The notes under the pieces are model-generated. The model did not search any database. It saw only the letters and a list, made by a program, of their open reading frames with translations, and was not told the DNA's origin. A DNA stretch of 64,000 nt, taken from the IMG/VR virus record IMGVR_UViG_3300025121_000282, positions 62,001-126,000 of that record. One strand, 5' to 3'. This document shows positions 1 through 10,100 of the stretch, in pieces; the stretch's first letter is position 1; each line of letters starts with the position of its first letter. The position numbers and the translations under genes were made by a program.

Positions 1-55
1 AGTTATACGTGTGTAAGTAACACTGTACCATAATGTCTTACTGATAGAGTACAAA

Positions 56-487
56 ATGCCTCCCGTCTTTGTGTATTTGACCCTTTTTGGGTTGGCAATC
101 TTTTTGCTTATGCTGATTGCCATATTTTGGCCCAAGTATGTGTCTGCTAACCCAACTAAAATACTGCCTACAGTGGTGTGTGTTACCAAGGGTCATACGT
201 GGCACGAGGGGGATGATACCCCGCACACCTTAGCAGGGGCCAAAAATAGTGGCTTTCATTGGTGTACATTTACATGGAGATGCAAGCGGTGTGGTGTCTG
301 CACAGAGCCTGGAGACTCACCTCCGCCCAACTTTACTTGGGACCACACCTGGGTAAATCCTATGGACGAGCCATCATGGTTTGACGGTCGTCCAGGTGAT
401 TGTGCAAACATTTATCGTAAACGTCAAGACAAAATAAAAGAAATTAAAATGGCCTGGGCGCGGCAGGAGCAAGACAATGTGGTATAA
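56..487 (+). CDS. hypothetical membrane-anchored Cys/His-rich protein
   Basis: 143 aa ORF with N-terminal hydrophobic helix; first gene of a tightly packed + strand run. Confidence 0.6.
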   Translation: MPPVFVYLTLFGLAIFLLMLIAIFWPKYVSANPTKILPTVVCVTKGHTWHEGDDTPHTLAGAKNSGFHWCTFTWRCKRCGVCTEPGDSPPPNFTWDHTWVNPMDEPSWFDGRPGDCANIYRKRQDKIKEIKMAWARQEQDNVV

Positions 488-719
488 CAATGACCCTAGG
501 CACGTGGTTGGTAAGCGAGCCACTGTCATTGTGTGGTGTCCTCCTGACGTAGTGTTTACGGCCTATGTTGAAACTAAGAATACTTATTGGGTTGACGTGA
601 GGAATCATCCGTCAAATACCATGGCTTCTAATGGTATCGGGGACAACTGGCCCGAGGGTTGGTTGTGGACTTGGCTCCCAACCCCTTCAAAAGCTGTTAT
701 GAACGAGGAGAAGTGCTGA
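477..719 (+). CDS. hypothetical protein
   Basis: 80 aa ORF overlapping the upstream stop. Confidence 0.55.
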   Translation: MWYNNDPRHVVGKRATVIVWCPPDVVFTAYVETKNTYWVDVRNHPSNTMASNGIGDNWPEGWLWTWLPTPSKAVMNEEKC

Positions 720-720
720 A

Positions 721-1698
721 ATGGGTGGTAATTTCTGGAAGCTGGACAGAATGGCACGTGTTGCCTACTTAGACATAGAGGACGACCTGAGGCGATACCT
801 GGACGAAGCAGCCCCGGGTCAATACAGAATTCCGGAGTATTGTGGGGACAAAGCTACCTTTGGAGACTTGGACGTACTACTGTCCTCGAATGTTTTAGTC
901 AAAAACCCACAATTTTATGATACCCTGCATCGCGATCTGGGCATCACCCAGTTTGATAGTCTGCACACCGGGCATACCACAGTCTATCGTGGGTTGCAGG
1001 TAGACTTCTTTATTGTGTCTCCCGATAACCTCAAGTCCTCGTATAATTTCATGTCATACGGAGAGTTGGGTAACATTATCGGTAGAATGGTCAAGAGATT
1101 TGACTGTAAGTGGGGTGGAGACGGCCTTACTTTCATCTTCAGATGGGGAGACCATTTCAAGAGAGAAGTTAATCTTACTAAAAACTTCGAAATAGTATGT
1201 GAATGCTTTTGTTTGAACTATGACATTTGGTCTAAGGGGTTCGCAACCCAGAGAGACTCGTTTATTTGGGCCACCAATTCTATGTGGTTCCGGTCTGAAC
1301 CATACTTTAGAGAAGACGGCCCCGTAGCCAACAGAATTAAGACCCGTACAGGCATGATAGACTTTGTAGCCTTCGTCAAGTCAAACTTTGGCCCCAACTC
1401 GGGAGCTAAAACAGACGACCCCATTGGACACTTGGAAAAGTACTTCCCTGGGTCAAACCTAAGAGAGAAAATAAGTAAATTCGAGGCTCAGGTAAAGACC
1501 ATAGAAGCAGTTTCTGCCAAGTTCAATGGCAGATACATCATGGGACTCAGACCGGGACTTGCCGGGAAAGAATTGGGAGACTTTATCAGTAAGTTTAAGG
1601 CATCTAAAGAGAACTTTGAGGAGTGGGTCATAGGGAATGACCAACCCACAATTGATAGTGCCGTACTCGGATTTGTCCCCAATCGGAGCGAATTGTAA
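721..1698 (+). CDS. Pol-beta-superfamily nucleotidyltransferase-like protein
   Basis: hG[DS]hDh motif (TFGDLDVLL) plus downstream QVDFF third acidic residue. Confidence 0.65.
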   Translation: MGGNFWKLDRMARVAYLDIEDDLRRYLDEAAPGQYRIPEYCGDKATFGDLDVLLSSNVLVKNPQFYDTLHRDLGITQFDSLHTGHTTVYRGLQVDFFIVSPDNLKSSYNFMSYGELGNIIGRMVKRFDCKWGGDGLTFIFRWGDHFKREVNLTKNFEIVCECFCLNYDIWSKGFATQRDSFIWATNSMWFRSEPYFREDGPVANRIKTRTGMIDFVAFVKSNFGPNSGAKTDDPIGHLEKYFPGSNLREKISKFEAQVKTIEAVSAKFNGRYIMGLRPGLAGKELGDFISKFKASKENFEEWVIGNDQPTIDSAVLGFVPNRSEL

Positions 1699-2169
1699 AT
1701 GAGTGATGACAAGATCCACATTCGGAAAAGTAGCTTTGCGGATACCCGTACATGCGATTACACACAGGTGTCGGAGGCCCAACTTTTAGAGGCTTCCAGA
1801 CAGCACATAAACGACATTGGCCTTGCTATGCGCTTTTTTAGAAGCCTGATTCTAAGAGCCATGCAAGTTCATGACTTTGATAAATTCACGGATATCAAGT
1901 CTTTCCATGAGGATTTTCTCACCGGGTTCAAGCAAACTGGGTGGTGGGACCGGCACAGACGTGTAAATCGTCACCATCTTTTGGTGGCAGACGGTGTGCC
2001 AGAGGACGTTAACCTAATCGATGTGCTAGACCTTATAGCAGATTGTGTCATGGCAGGTATGGGTCGTTCAGGTCAGGTTAGAGAGTTTAACATTGGCCCA
2101 GAGGTTCTGATGACCGCGTACAAAAACACGGTAGAGTTGCTGAAAAATCAGGTTGTGGTGGACGAATGA
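1699..2169 (+). CDS. HD-like phosphohydrolase (DUF5662-like)
   Basis: HDFDKF, NRHH and DLIADC motifs. Confidence 0.5.
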   Translation: MSDDKIHIRKSSFADTRTCDYTQVSEAQLLEASRQHINDIGLAMRFFRSLILRAMQVHDFDKFTDIKSFHEDFLTGFKQTGWWDRHRRVNRHHLLVADGVPEDVNLIDVLDLIADCVMAGMGRSGQVREFNIGPEVLMTAYKNTVELLKNQVVVDE

Positions 2170-2696
2170 CATCTACTACTAAACTACTGGATGCTTTGTC
2201 GTGGGCTAACAATCAACTTGCCTGGGCTAGTGTTGGTATTGATGACAAGGCCAAGTGTCATATAAGAGTTCTAACCGACTTCGCCTGCGAAACTCTTAAG
2301 AAGCAGGAAGGCCTTAAAACTGAGACTCGTCTGACAACGACAGACCCCAGGGCCGCATGTCTGGGAATTGACGTTAAAATGCACACCCTTAAAGATGCTA
2401 TTATGAGCATGGCATCTAGAATGCCTCCTGGTTTGGCCGATCACTTTGTAAGACTGTTGACAGACTTTTATGAGAGTTGTTTCCATACTCACATCGCACT
2501 CCCACTATGTGTGGCTAAGAGTATTCTGAACAGAATGTGGGTCACTTCTGAGCCTCCGGAATCCTGTCCGGAATGTGGAGAGTATAGAGCACCCGGAGAC
2601 ACCATTCAAACCCATTATTTGCATTGTGCCGGGTGTACAATCGGCCAACTAGAAGAAGCCATTTTGAAAGCGGAATTTGATGGTGCCTCGCGGTAG
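2166..2696 (+). CDS. hypothetical protein with C-terminal Cys cluster
   Basis: 176 aa ORF, ATGA overlap with upstream gene, CPEC and HCAGC motifs. Confidence 0.55.
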   Translation: MTSTTKLLDALSWANNQLAWASVGIDDKAKCHIRVLTDFACETLKKQEGLKTETRLTTTDPRAACLGIDVKMHTLKDAIMSMASRMPPGLADHFVRLLTDFYESCFHTHIALPLCVAKSILNRMWVTSEPPESCPECGEYRAPGDTIQTHYLHCAGCTIGQLEEAILKAEFDGASR

Positions 2697-3798
2697 TCGC
2701 TATAAGAGGTGGACCGACCAGGAGAATGAGGTACTGCGTTCGTTTTTGTTAGGTCCTGACGCCGATTGTAAGCCATACTCGCATCTACTTTCTTCGTTGC
2801 TTCCAGGTAGATCGGGCCAAGACATCCGCAACGGTCTGAACATACTTAGGCGCAAGCTTAATAATTTGTGTGCTGGTGGGTGTGGAAACAAGGTCTCAAC
2901 TGGTGGCACGCAATGTGACCAATGCAAACAGCACGATAGGACAGCACGAGTTGTTAGACTCGCTCAAGGGCGCTGTGGGAACTGTGGCATTGAGTTGGAC
3001 GACGCTTCTTCTACCACTTTGTGTACTCGTTGTAGGGAGTACCACTCCAAATATAATACTACCTGTTTCAAACCCAAAACTGCAACTGGCCACCCATCTG
3101 ATGTGCCAGGAATTAGGATGTTTGGTTGGCCCCGGTGTGGGTCTGCTAAGTTTGTGGCAAGGTTTTTGTCGAAAACAAACAGGCCAGTGGTAGACTTGTG
3201 TGGTGGCACCGCTGAATTTCTGAGACTTTTCTCAGTGTTTTCGGGCGGCCCCCACAGCATACACGCCTACTATGACATAAACCCTGTAATACACAACACC
3301 ATGGACCACATTATAAATGGTGCAGAACTGTTACACCGCACGCTGTTGGATATCACACAGTCTAAAACATCAAAGAAAAACATCAAACTAATAAGAAAAT
3401 CGCTAGGGGGTATACCACTTTTTTGTGCGTCTGCCATAGATGTTTTGAAACATAATCACCATCCTGACAACACTGTGTATGTATGCGACCCACCATGGCC
3501 CGGCATTATCTCAGATGTTTTAAAGCCATATGACACCATGGACTACGAGAAGTTGTTTGGGTTGTTGTCAAATCTACCGAAAAATCAGGACTTTGTACTG
3601 TCCCTGGGTGCAGAAAGACTGGCACTTAAGTATGCCTCACGTTGGCTTAAAGGTACTAGACTGTTTAGGCTGAGGACCACGTACATAGGCTCTCAGTCAG
3701 TTATAGCCATGACACCAAGAATGGTAGAGTTGTCTGGCCTAGAAGGCTCCAACAGAGAAGTAATTTTAAGTAACCTGGGGATTTACAATGAGCCATAA
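2677..3798 (+). CDS. N6-adenine DNA methyltransferase-like protein (Dam/D12-like) with N-terminal Myb-like and Zn-finger region
   Basis: Motif I-like VDLCGGTAEF; catalytic VYVCDPPW; N-terminal RWTDQENEVL and several CxxC pairs. Confidence 0.6.
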   Translation: MMVPRGSRYKRWTDQENEVLRSFLLGPDADCKPYSHLLSSLLPGRSGQDIRNGLNILRRKLNNLCAGGCGNKVSTGGTQCDQCKQHDRTARVVRLAQGRCGNCGIELDDASSTTLCTRCREYHSKYNTTCFKPKTATGHPSDVPGIRMFGWPRCGSAKFVARFLSKTNRPVVDLCGGTAEFLRLFSVFSGGPHSIHAYYDINPVIHNTMDHIINGAELLHRTLLDITQSKTSKKNIKLIRKSLGGIPLFCASAIDVLKHNHHPDNTVYVCDPPWPGIISDVLKPYDTMDYEKLFGLLSNLPKNQDFVLSLGAERLALKYASRWLKGTRLFRLRTTYIGSQSVIAMTPRMVELSGLEGSNREVILSNLGIYNEP

Positions 3799-4129
3799 CC
3801 TAAACCTGAATGAGTTGCAGGGCTTGATTTTGTCTGGAATGAACGCTAGGCAACGCTCTACTACTCTAGATCAGCGCATCAAGTTTCTGTATTCAGAAGT
3901 AGGAGAACTGTCCCGACATGCTCTGGAAATGGACGGGTGTTATGGCCCACTGGCTCAGTCTAATGCCAAAAGTAAAACAATAGCCGAAATATATGATATT
4001 ATGTGGAACTCGTTGGTGTTATTACATCAGCTTGGAGTGGACGACCCTGCCCAAGGTATGACAGGTCTGGTGGACAAAAATTCAAATAGGTCCTGGCCCG
4101 ATGATGACCTAGCTAAGCCTGGAACTTGA
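3788..4129 (+). CDS. MazG-like NTP pyrophosphohydrolase
   Basis: SEVGELS and EIYD acidic motifs in an all-alpha 113 aa protein. Confidence 0.6.
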   Translation: MSHNLNLNELQGLILSGMNARQRSTTLDQRIKFLYSEVGELSRHALEMDGCYGPLAQSNAKSKTIAEIYDIMWNSLVLLHQLGVDDPAQGMTGLVDKNSNRSWPDDDLAKPGT

Positions 4130-4156
4130 GCATCTTTTAATCCGGGATGCTGTGTT

Positions 4157-4576
4157 ATGGCACAAAATCTCAACAAACTCATTGAAGAATTCTTAGAGCT
4201 AATAGTACCTGACATGGACATCAACTCGCCTGAAAGCGTAAGCGGCAAGTGTGATGGAGTATCCAGCGACTTACACTACTTTCTTAAGAGTAGGGGCGTA
4301 GAATCTTCCTTAATACAAGGGATAGGGTTGAAACCGCCTCTGGGCAAAAATGCCTCTAAAAATTTACTTGGTTTTTTAGGCACGACCCCATCGCATCAGA
4401 AATACTTTTGCCACGTGGTAGTTAAAGTAGGGGCGCAGGTAATAGACCTGACGGGTGCACAATTCGGTATAGGGACGTCAACTGTAATGTCCCTGTCCCA
4501 ATTCAAGTCATACTGGAACAGGGTCAAGTCATTTCAACCCTGGATGTTGTCGGATGGACTAAGGTCGCTGTTGTAG
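4157..4576 (+). CDS. transglutaminase/papain-like fold protein (putative Cys-His-Asp triad)
   Basis: GKCDGVS, CHVVVKVG and IDLTGAQF motifs. Confidence 0.4.
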   Translation: MAQNLNKLIEEFLELIVPDMDINSPESVSGKCDGVSSDLHYFLKSRGVESSLIQGIGLKPPLGKNASKNLLGFLGTTPSHQKYFCHVVVKVGAQVIDLTGAQFGIGTSTVMSLSQFKSYWNRVKSFQPWMLSDGLRSLL

Positions 4577-4578
4577 CC

Positions 4579-5007
4579 TCACCCCTCTTTTAGCCCGCCC
4601 TGGCCATCCCAAACCCAAAGTTTGCCGTTGTGGTTTGATTCTTGAAATACGAATTGTTTTGCTACCTCTTTCCCGGCTATCTCTTCTAAGTATTTCCACC
4701 ACACAGTCCTAACGATCTCGTGTGGCGAACCAGGGAGAGTGTTTTTAACCTCTACTCCATTCATTTTGCGAGTAGTGTCCAACTCATCATAGTAAACTAA
4801 TGTTTTTCCATTTTTACCAACCAAACGATACTTTCTCTCTTTGTAGTCAATCAAAATGTTGCTGTCCCATTCTGGTTCTTCAACATTTCCGCCAATAGAT
4901 ACAATACTGTAACTGATTGTTGAGTCTAATTTGAACCAAGTTAGTAATTTCCCGGCGTAAGATATTTTGTTAATTACAACCGACCTCAGTTTTGCAGACA
5001 GATTCAT
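4579..5007 (-). CDS. hypothetical protein
   Basis: 142 aa ORF convergent with the upstream run. Confidence 0.55.
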   Translation of the reverse strand: MNLSAKLRSVVINKISYAGKLLTWFKLDSTISYSIVSIGGNVEEPEWDSNILIDYKERKYRLVGKNGKTLVYYDELDTTRKMNGVEVKNTLPGSPHEIVRTVWWKYLEEIAGKEVAKQFVFQESNHNGKLWVWDGQGGLKEG

Positions 5008-5112
5008 TTGTTTAGCCCCTATGCGAGTGTGATTCTCTTGTCTTATAAAATGTCAAGAACAGATCATGTAGAATTAGACTGTACACCTAACGTGGACCGA
5101 GGGTAATACACC

Positions 5113-5910
5113 TTGAAGCAAAAGCACCTTGATATTCGAATCGAACAGTGTTTGATTCTCAGTAGAGCATCGAATTGCCCTAGGAGGAAATTTGGGGCTC
5201 TTCTTTTAGACCCTGTGAGGAATGTCGTACTGATGGATGGTTACAATGGGGCTGCCAGGGGTGGCGGCGAGTTGTGTGGCGGCCATTTCTGTGAGCGAAA
5301 CGGTCTAAAAAGAACAGACTTTGAGTACAAGAAGGTGCGTCGCACTCAGTGGGTGGGTGGGACACCGGGAGCAATTGGGGGCTCTCACCCAGTTGATGAA
5401 CATCGGGTGGCGATCACCATTAATGGTGTTTTAGCCCACGAAATTCCGTACAACCCACAACTTGAGACAATTCTGTCTCAGCTGCCTGAAGTCAATCTGA
5501 CTGACGACCCCCTCAGACGGCTATCCGTGGAAGAGATGGCTGAGTATATAAGTCGCTCTTCTCAAAAACTTATTACAGTTGAGCAAAAAGCTGAGGCCTG
5601 GATTGAGACGATGCTCGCCAAACATCCAGGCGTAGTTTCAGGCACTCACATGGAAAAAGGCTGTCACCACGCTGAGATGAATGTTATCTGTAATTGCGCT
5701 GCTTCTGGGGTAAAAACGGATGGTGCATGGATTATAATTACGGGAGAGCCCTGCTCCCTGTGCTCCAAGTTGATACACCATGCCGGTATAACCAAGGTGA
5801 TTGTTATTGATGGCGGTTATGTTGGCGAGAATGGTTTGGAATACTTAGAAAAGAACGGTATTGCAGTAGAAAAAGTGACTGGCCCTGTAGACCCCAGGGC
5901 TACTACATAA
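5113..5910 (+). CDS. dCMP deaminase with large internal insertion
   Basis: SNCPRRKFGA, GYNG, HAE and PCSLC motifs; TTG start. Confidence 0.85.
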   Translation: MKQKHLDIRIEQCLILSRASNCPRRKFGALLLDPVRNVVLMDGYNGAARGGGELCGGHFCERNGLKRTDFEYKKVRRTQWVGGTPGAIGGSHPVDEHRVAITINGVLAHEIPYNPQLETILSQLPEVNLTDDPLRRLSVEEMAEYISRSSQKLITVEQKAEAWIETMLAKHPGVVSGTHMEKGCHHAEMNVICNCAASGVKTDGAWIIITGEPCSLCSKLIHHAGITKVIVIDGGYVGENGLEYLEKNGIAVEKVTGPVDPRATT

Positions 5911-5911
5911 A

Positions 5912-6253
5912 TTACAACAGAGGGAGTCTCTCGTTTATTTTATCTTCTAATTCAAACCTGCCTTTGAGTGATGCAAAATAGGTACTGTACCTACTACCTT
6001 TGAGGTCTGTTAGTCTTACAGGCCACACCCACTTTCCCACCATAAAATTAAACTCGCGTCTGTGTGGGTCATCTGTTATTTTTAAGGAGTACCCGGGGTT
6101 TTGTTTGAGAACACTCTGAACAGTGAGGATCACCTTATGTATTACATCACACTCAAGGTGTCTCCGTTTGTTTGCATCAAATTGCTCTGCCTCAGGCCGC
6201 ACACTTATTGGTGTTTCAAATCGGGTGACAGTTGCAAATTCTAAATCGTGCAT
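5912..6253 (-). CDS. hypothetical protein
   Basis: 113 aa ORF filling the gap between + genes. Confidence 0.5.
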   Translation of the reverse strand: MHDLEFATVTRFETPISVRPEAEQFDANKRRHLECDVIHKVILTVQSVLKQNPGYSLKITDDPHRREFNFMVGKWVWPVRLTDLKGSRYSTYFASLKGRFELEDKINERLPLL

Positions 6254-6300
6254 CGGTATCTCCTTTGTGTTAAAGTCATTTTACACAGTTGGGGGTATAA

Positions 6301-6555
6301 ATGGAATCTATTAAGAAGGTTTGGCCATACATAAAAGATGGCATTATCCTCATTTTGATACCAGTCATTGTTTGGGTAATGAACGTAAACACCAACAATG
6401 CTGTTATAAAAGTAGAACTGGACCAACTAAAAGAACAGGTAGCTGCTTCTAAAACCACCTCAGACCAGTTGGTCTCATTGAGACTGGAATTCGCTGGTGT
6501 AAAGAAGGACATAGAACAAGCATTAAAGAAACTTGATAAGCTTACAGGCCAATAA
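6301..6555 (+). CDS. small membrane protein with coiled coil
   Basis: One TM helix (GIILILIPVIVWVM) followed by heptad-rich region. Confidence 0.6.
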   Translation: MESIKKVWPYIKDGIILILIPVIVWVMNVNTNNAVIKVELDQLKEQVAASKTTSDQLVSLRLEFAGVKKDIEQALKKLDKLTGQ

Positions 6556-6556
6556 C

Positions 6557-6838
6557 ATGAAAAAATTACTTTTAGTTGTGTTACTGTTGTTTGCAGCCAC
6601 TAGTCTTGGACAGAATGAGCCAGAAAAGACTATTACTGCAGAGCAGGTACAGAAATTCCGGGAGCAGGTACAGCAAGAACTTGGTTACCCAGTCAAAGAC
6701 TTGAATGCCAAACTTGATGTTCTGATCAAAAAACGTGGACTTTCAGATAAAACCACAGACAACGATTCCATGGCCTTGATTCGACCCGATGTTTTCATGG
6801 CCCCGTCTGCTCCCGCGTCTGCAACATCTCTGAAATAG
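6557..6838 (+). CDS. hypothetical secreted protein
   Basis: Signal peptide MKKLLLVVLLLFAATSLG; ATG at 6557. Confidence 0.6.
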   Translation: MKKLLLVVLLLFAATSLGQNEPEKTITAEQVQKFREQVQQELGYPVKDLNAKLDVLIKKRGLSDKTTDNDSMALIRPDVFMAPSAPASATSLK

Positions 6839-6899
6839 CAATTAACAAGAATCGAACCTGGGTGAAAAAGGGTACAACAACCCAGGAGATGTATTCATT

Positions 6900-7631
6900 A
6901 TGAGCCTCGATTCCTTCCCTTTTGCCATTGACTCCTCTCTCCCTTGGCGCCAGACGGTGGACCAGTTGGTCCAAGCGCTGATCCAGGCAGAGCACCCCTT
7001 CTCGTCGGGTGAGATTGCTCGTTTGATCCGAACCAGGGAGCCTTCCGTGGTGTTCTCCGCTCGTGGTGTCGGGCATTACCTTCGGGATGCATACACCAGC
7101 GGAACCATGCCCGTGTACCCCTCCGTGGGCGCTGTGGTCCAGGTGGACCGATACACGGGTGATGGACATCTGGTCTTTGTGTATGGGCCCGACCTCAATG
7201 CGGCGGGTATGCACCCCTTTGAGGTGGATGTTCCGTTGTACCAGGACCCGAATGCCCCTGTCACCACTTCTACGGTGGCGTCTGCCCAGCCCGCACCGGC
7301 TCCGGTCAAGCACCGGGCTCCGCCTCTTGCCGAGGATGAAGCGCGGGTGAACAATGACGGAACCATCTCTGTTTCCAATCTGGCTGTGGCCAAGCTGAAT
7401 GTTGCCCCTGGTGACGCAGTCTTTTTGGAGTACCACAACAGCGATTCGGAGGTCCGCATTTTCGCTGCCTCTCAGGGTATCGCCAGCATCCCGTATCGAC
7501 TCAACAAGGATCGCACTCGCCTCACTTTTAAGCCTGTGGGCAGGCACACGGGCCTTGTCGCTCAGCGAGTGATCAAGGTTGACATCTCCAGTGCAGCCTC
7601 CTTCCTTCTCTCTATCGACCTCAACCAGTAG
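6900..7631 (+). CDS. putative transcription regulator (N-terminal HTH-like, C-terminal AbrB/SpoVT-like)
   Basis: FSSGEIARLIR helix; ARVNNDGTISVSNLAVAKLNVAPGDAV resembles AbrB; GC-rich codons. Confidence 0.45.
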   Translation: MSLDSFPFAIDSSLPWRQTVDQLVQALIQAEHPFSSGEIARLIRTREPSVVFSARGVGHYLRDAYTSGTMPVYPSVGAVVQVDRYTGDGHLVFVYGPDLNAAGMHPFEVDVPLYQDPNAPVTTSTVASAQPAPAPVKHRAPPLAEDEARVNNDGTISVSNLAVAKLNVAPGDAVFLEYHNSDSEVRIFAASQGIASIPYRLNKDRTRLTFKPVGRHTGLVAQRVIKVDISSAASFLLSIDLNQ

Positions 7632-7641
7632 GACACTAGTT

Positions 7642-8046
7642 GTGGAACACATTCGCCGCAGTCCTAATCGGTACGCCGTCACGCCTTCGTGCTGCGAGCC
7701 GGCTCGGACTAGGATGACCGTGGTTCTGTATCAAGCACCCGACCGAGAGACAGGGGATAGCGCGGGGGTTGTGCCTCAGTGGTTCATCCACGATGCGGAC
7801 TCTTACTATGGCATCTTCACCATCGACGAGAAGGGAACGCGGATTGATTGGCACTCCGTACCTGTCTCTTTCTGCCCCTACTGCGGCATGAAGCTCCCTA
7901 CTCCGGTGAAGACGACCCCGCTCTTGTCTCCTATCCGCAAGGTCACGGATGGTGGGTATTACTGCGACACTTGTGGGGAACGGTTGATGTGCTGCCATTG
8001 CTGGCCCGAACTTGTAGGTTGGAGACTAGAACGACCCATCCCTTAA
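7642..8046 (+). CDS. hypothetical Cys-rich (Zn-binding) protein
   Basis: CPYCG and CDTCG motifs; start uncertain (GTG 7642 or ATG 7714). Confidence 0.55.
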   Translation: MEHIRRSPNRYAVTPSCCEPARTRMTVVLYQAPDRETGDSAGVVPQWFIHDADSYYGIFTIDEKGTRIDWHSVPVSFCPYCGMKLPTPVKTTPLLSPIRKVTDGGYYCDTCGERLMCCHCWPELVGWRLERPIP

Positions 8047-8071
8047 CAGTTATAGAAAATGGGCATAAACT

Positions 8072-8812
8072 TTGAACTCTAATCTAATCAATGATGCCGT
8101 CAAGGCCCTCAAGTCCGGTCCTGTCATTATCTCTACTGGTGCTGGAGTCTCAGCTGAGAGTGGTATTCCCACCTTCCGTGGGTCACCAGACTCTCTGTGG
8201 CAAGGTTACAAACCTGAAGACCTTGCCACACCTGAAGCATTTGAGAAGAATCCTCAGTTGGTCTGGGACTGGTATTACTGGCGTAGGCGACTCATCGCCC
8301 AGGCTCAGCCCAACCCTGGCCACCACTCTTTGACAGAAATGGCCCTTCGTCACACAGACGAGTTCACACTACTCACACAAAATGTGGACGGATTGCACCA
8401 ACGAGCGGGGTACGCCTACCCGATTGAAATGCACGGCTCCATTTGGACCACCAAGTGCAGGACGTGTGGATGTGTTTCTAAGGATGAGGCACTGTCTGGT
8501 ACCACCGTGCCTAAATGTGTAGCCTGTGGGTCTCTGACAGGTCCAGGTGTGGTGTGGTTTGGTGAAGAAGTGCATGATGGCTTTTTCCGTGTTCTTTCGT
8601 CGATTACTCCTAAACATACCATTCTGATTGTCGGTACATCTGGAAATGTGTTTCCAGCCAATCAGATCGCCAGTGTAGCTAAAGCCCATGGCGCCACCAC
8701 GATCTGTGTAAACACCGATTCGGCTATGGGGCCCGCAATCGACATTCCTCTGATTGGGAAAAGTGGAGACATCCTTCCGCTGATTGTAGAGAACTGGGAC
8801 GGGGTCGTTTAA
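8072..8812 (+). CDS. cobB: Sir2/CobB-family NAD-dependent deacylase
   Basis: GAGVSAESGIPTFRG, TQNVDGLHQRAG, HGS, Zn CxxC pairs, PGVVWFGE, GTSG; class III YxxR. Confidence 0.92.
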   Translation: MNSNLINDAVKALKSGPVIISTGAGVSAESGIPTFRGSPDSLWQGYKPEDLATPEAFEKNPQLVWDWYYWRRRLIAQAQPNPGHHSLTEMALRHTDEFTLLTQNVDGLHQRAGYAYPIEMHGSIWTTKCRTCGCVSKDEALSGTTVPKCVACGSLTGPGVVWFGEEVHDGFFRVLSSITPKHTILIVGTSGNVFPANQIASVAKAHGATTICVNTDSAMGPAIDIPLIGKSGDILPLIVENWDGVV

Positions 8813-8908
8813 TGGACGAATACTTCAGGGAAAGATTGAAAGAGGCTGCTTTACTGGGGCCTCTTTTCAAACAATTCCTCTTTCCAGAGACTGCAGGACG
8901 TCACACTG

Positions 8909-9118
8909 ATGGCAAGAGCCAAGTTAGAACCACTACCATTTGTAAACGACGGAGAGTGCGGTCAATACTCTACCTTTGTAAGGACTGAGGACGGTAAAGC
9001 ACACGATTTGGGTAGAGGTCAACGCCCACCCATACACGACCATGAGCGTGACAAGGTTGGTACCTGCCCTGAGTGCCGCATCGTAGACGCTTTCACTGCT
9101 AGATACTTAAACAGCTAG
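8909..9118 (+). CDS. hypothetical protein
   Basis: 69 aa ORF with CPEC. Confidence 0.4.
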   Translation: MARAKLEPLPFVNDGECGQYSTFVRTEDGKAHDLGRGQRPPIHDHERDKVGTCPECRIVDAFTARYLNS

Positions 9119-9126
9119 CCAGATAG

Positions 9127-10092
9127 GTGACTCTAGGCCTGTACAATGAGAGTACTGTCACAGGATCAGAATCGCTGGCGGGTTTACAAAATGACTGGGA
9201 TGGAATAACTATGGAATCGGATCTCACGTGGATCTCTTTAGATTATGTAGTCAGGCTTAATCCCCGTGTCAGTGTGACTAATGATCGTGGTCGCACCATT
9301 ACTTTGACCAAGCCCCTGCATCAATCTCTTTCAGGGCCTTACATTACACAGTACGATACTATTACAATCTCAAAACTCAGTACAACAATTGACAGGATAA
9401 CAGTCGATTACCCCAACACTGAGTATGGCAGGCAGCTATTTGCACACGACATAGAAAGGTGGCTAACCCCCCGCAGCTTAGCCCGATTTGAGGAGGAACT
9501 GTTTGAATGTCTCCTCAAAAAAGGATGGGAGAGGGTCCACCACTATAGGGGTATCACCACTGTAAAGGGGTATGGTAAGACTCTTCCTTTGCGTATGGAT
9601 GTCCGTAGTGTTGGTACCCCTACAGTGACAATTGTCACTGACCGGTTGGATGTTGTGTATGCTGTTTACGACTCTAGTAAACTGGCCAACGAAATAGCTG
9701 ATGTACTGGATCAACACTGGCGTCCTGACGTGCAAGAAAGAATCACGGAAAAAATTAACACTATGGTCAGGGACAGTCTGAAAGGTTTCATTGGGGAACC
9801 TATTACTGCTAGTGCTATGCGCGCCATGCAGAAACAAGTGACTGACACCCTGTTTAAGTCGGTGGACCAAAACCCCTGTAAAGAGATAGCTCTTACAGAC
9901 TTCAGGGGTGGATTTAGGGACTCTGCAAGAAATTTGCAGGCATTTAAACAGATGTGGGCAGAGTACGCCGCTTATCAGTTTGAACCTGTCAAGGAATACA
10001 CAACACCTGACTGGGTGATTACCCCCAAAGACCGCCAAAACACTAGGTACTTTGGGACGGACATCTTCTCATACTATGACGATGACTTGTAA
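9127..10092 (+). CDS. hypothetical protein
   Basis: 321 aa ORF. Confidence 0.65.
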   Translation: MTLGLYNESTVTGSESLAGLQNDWDGITMESDLTWISLDYVVRLNPRVSVTNDRGRTITLTKPLHQSLSGPYITQYDTITISKLSTTIDRITVDYPNTEYGRQLFAHDIERWLTPRSLARFEEELFECLLKKGWERVHHYRGITTVKGYGKTLPLRMDVRSVGTPTVTIVTDRLDVVYAVYDSSKLANEIADVLDQHWRPDVQERITEKINTMVRDSLKGFIGEPITASAMRAMQKQVTDTLFKSVDQNPCKEIALTDFRGGFRDSARNLQAFKQMWAEYAAYQFEPVKEYTTPDWVITPKDRQNTRYFGTDIFSYYDDDL

Positions 10093-10100
10093 AATTGTGA

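Noticed and set aside
5290-5650. Intein in the dCMP deaminase
   Set aside because: There is no C-terminal His-Asn followed by Cys/Ser/Thr, and no recognisable splicing blocks.
9700-9880. Tail-sheath C-terminal similarity in 9127-10092 (VRDSLKGFIGEP)
   Set aside because: The match is a single short motif outside any structural module, which is too weak without a profile search.
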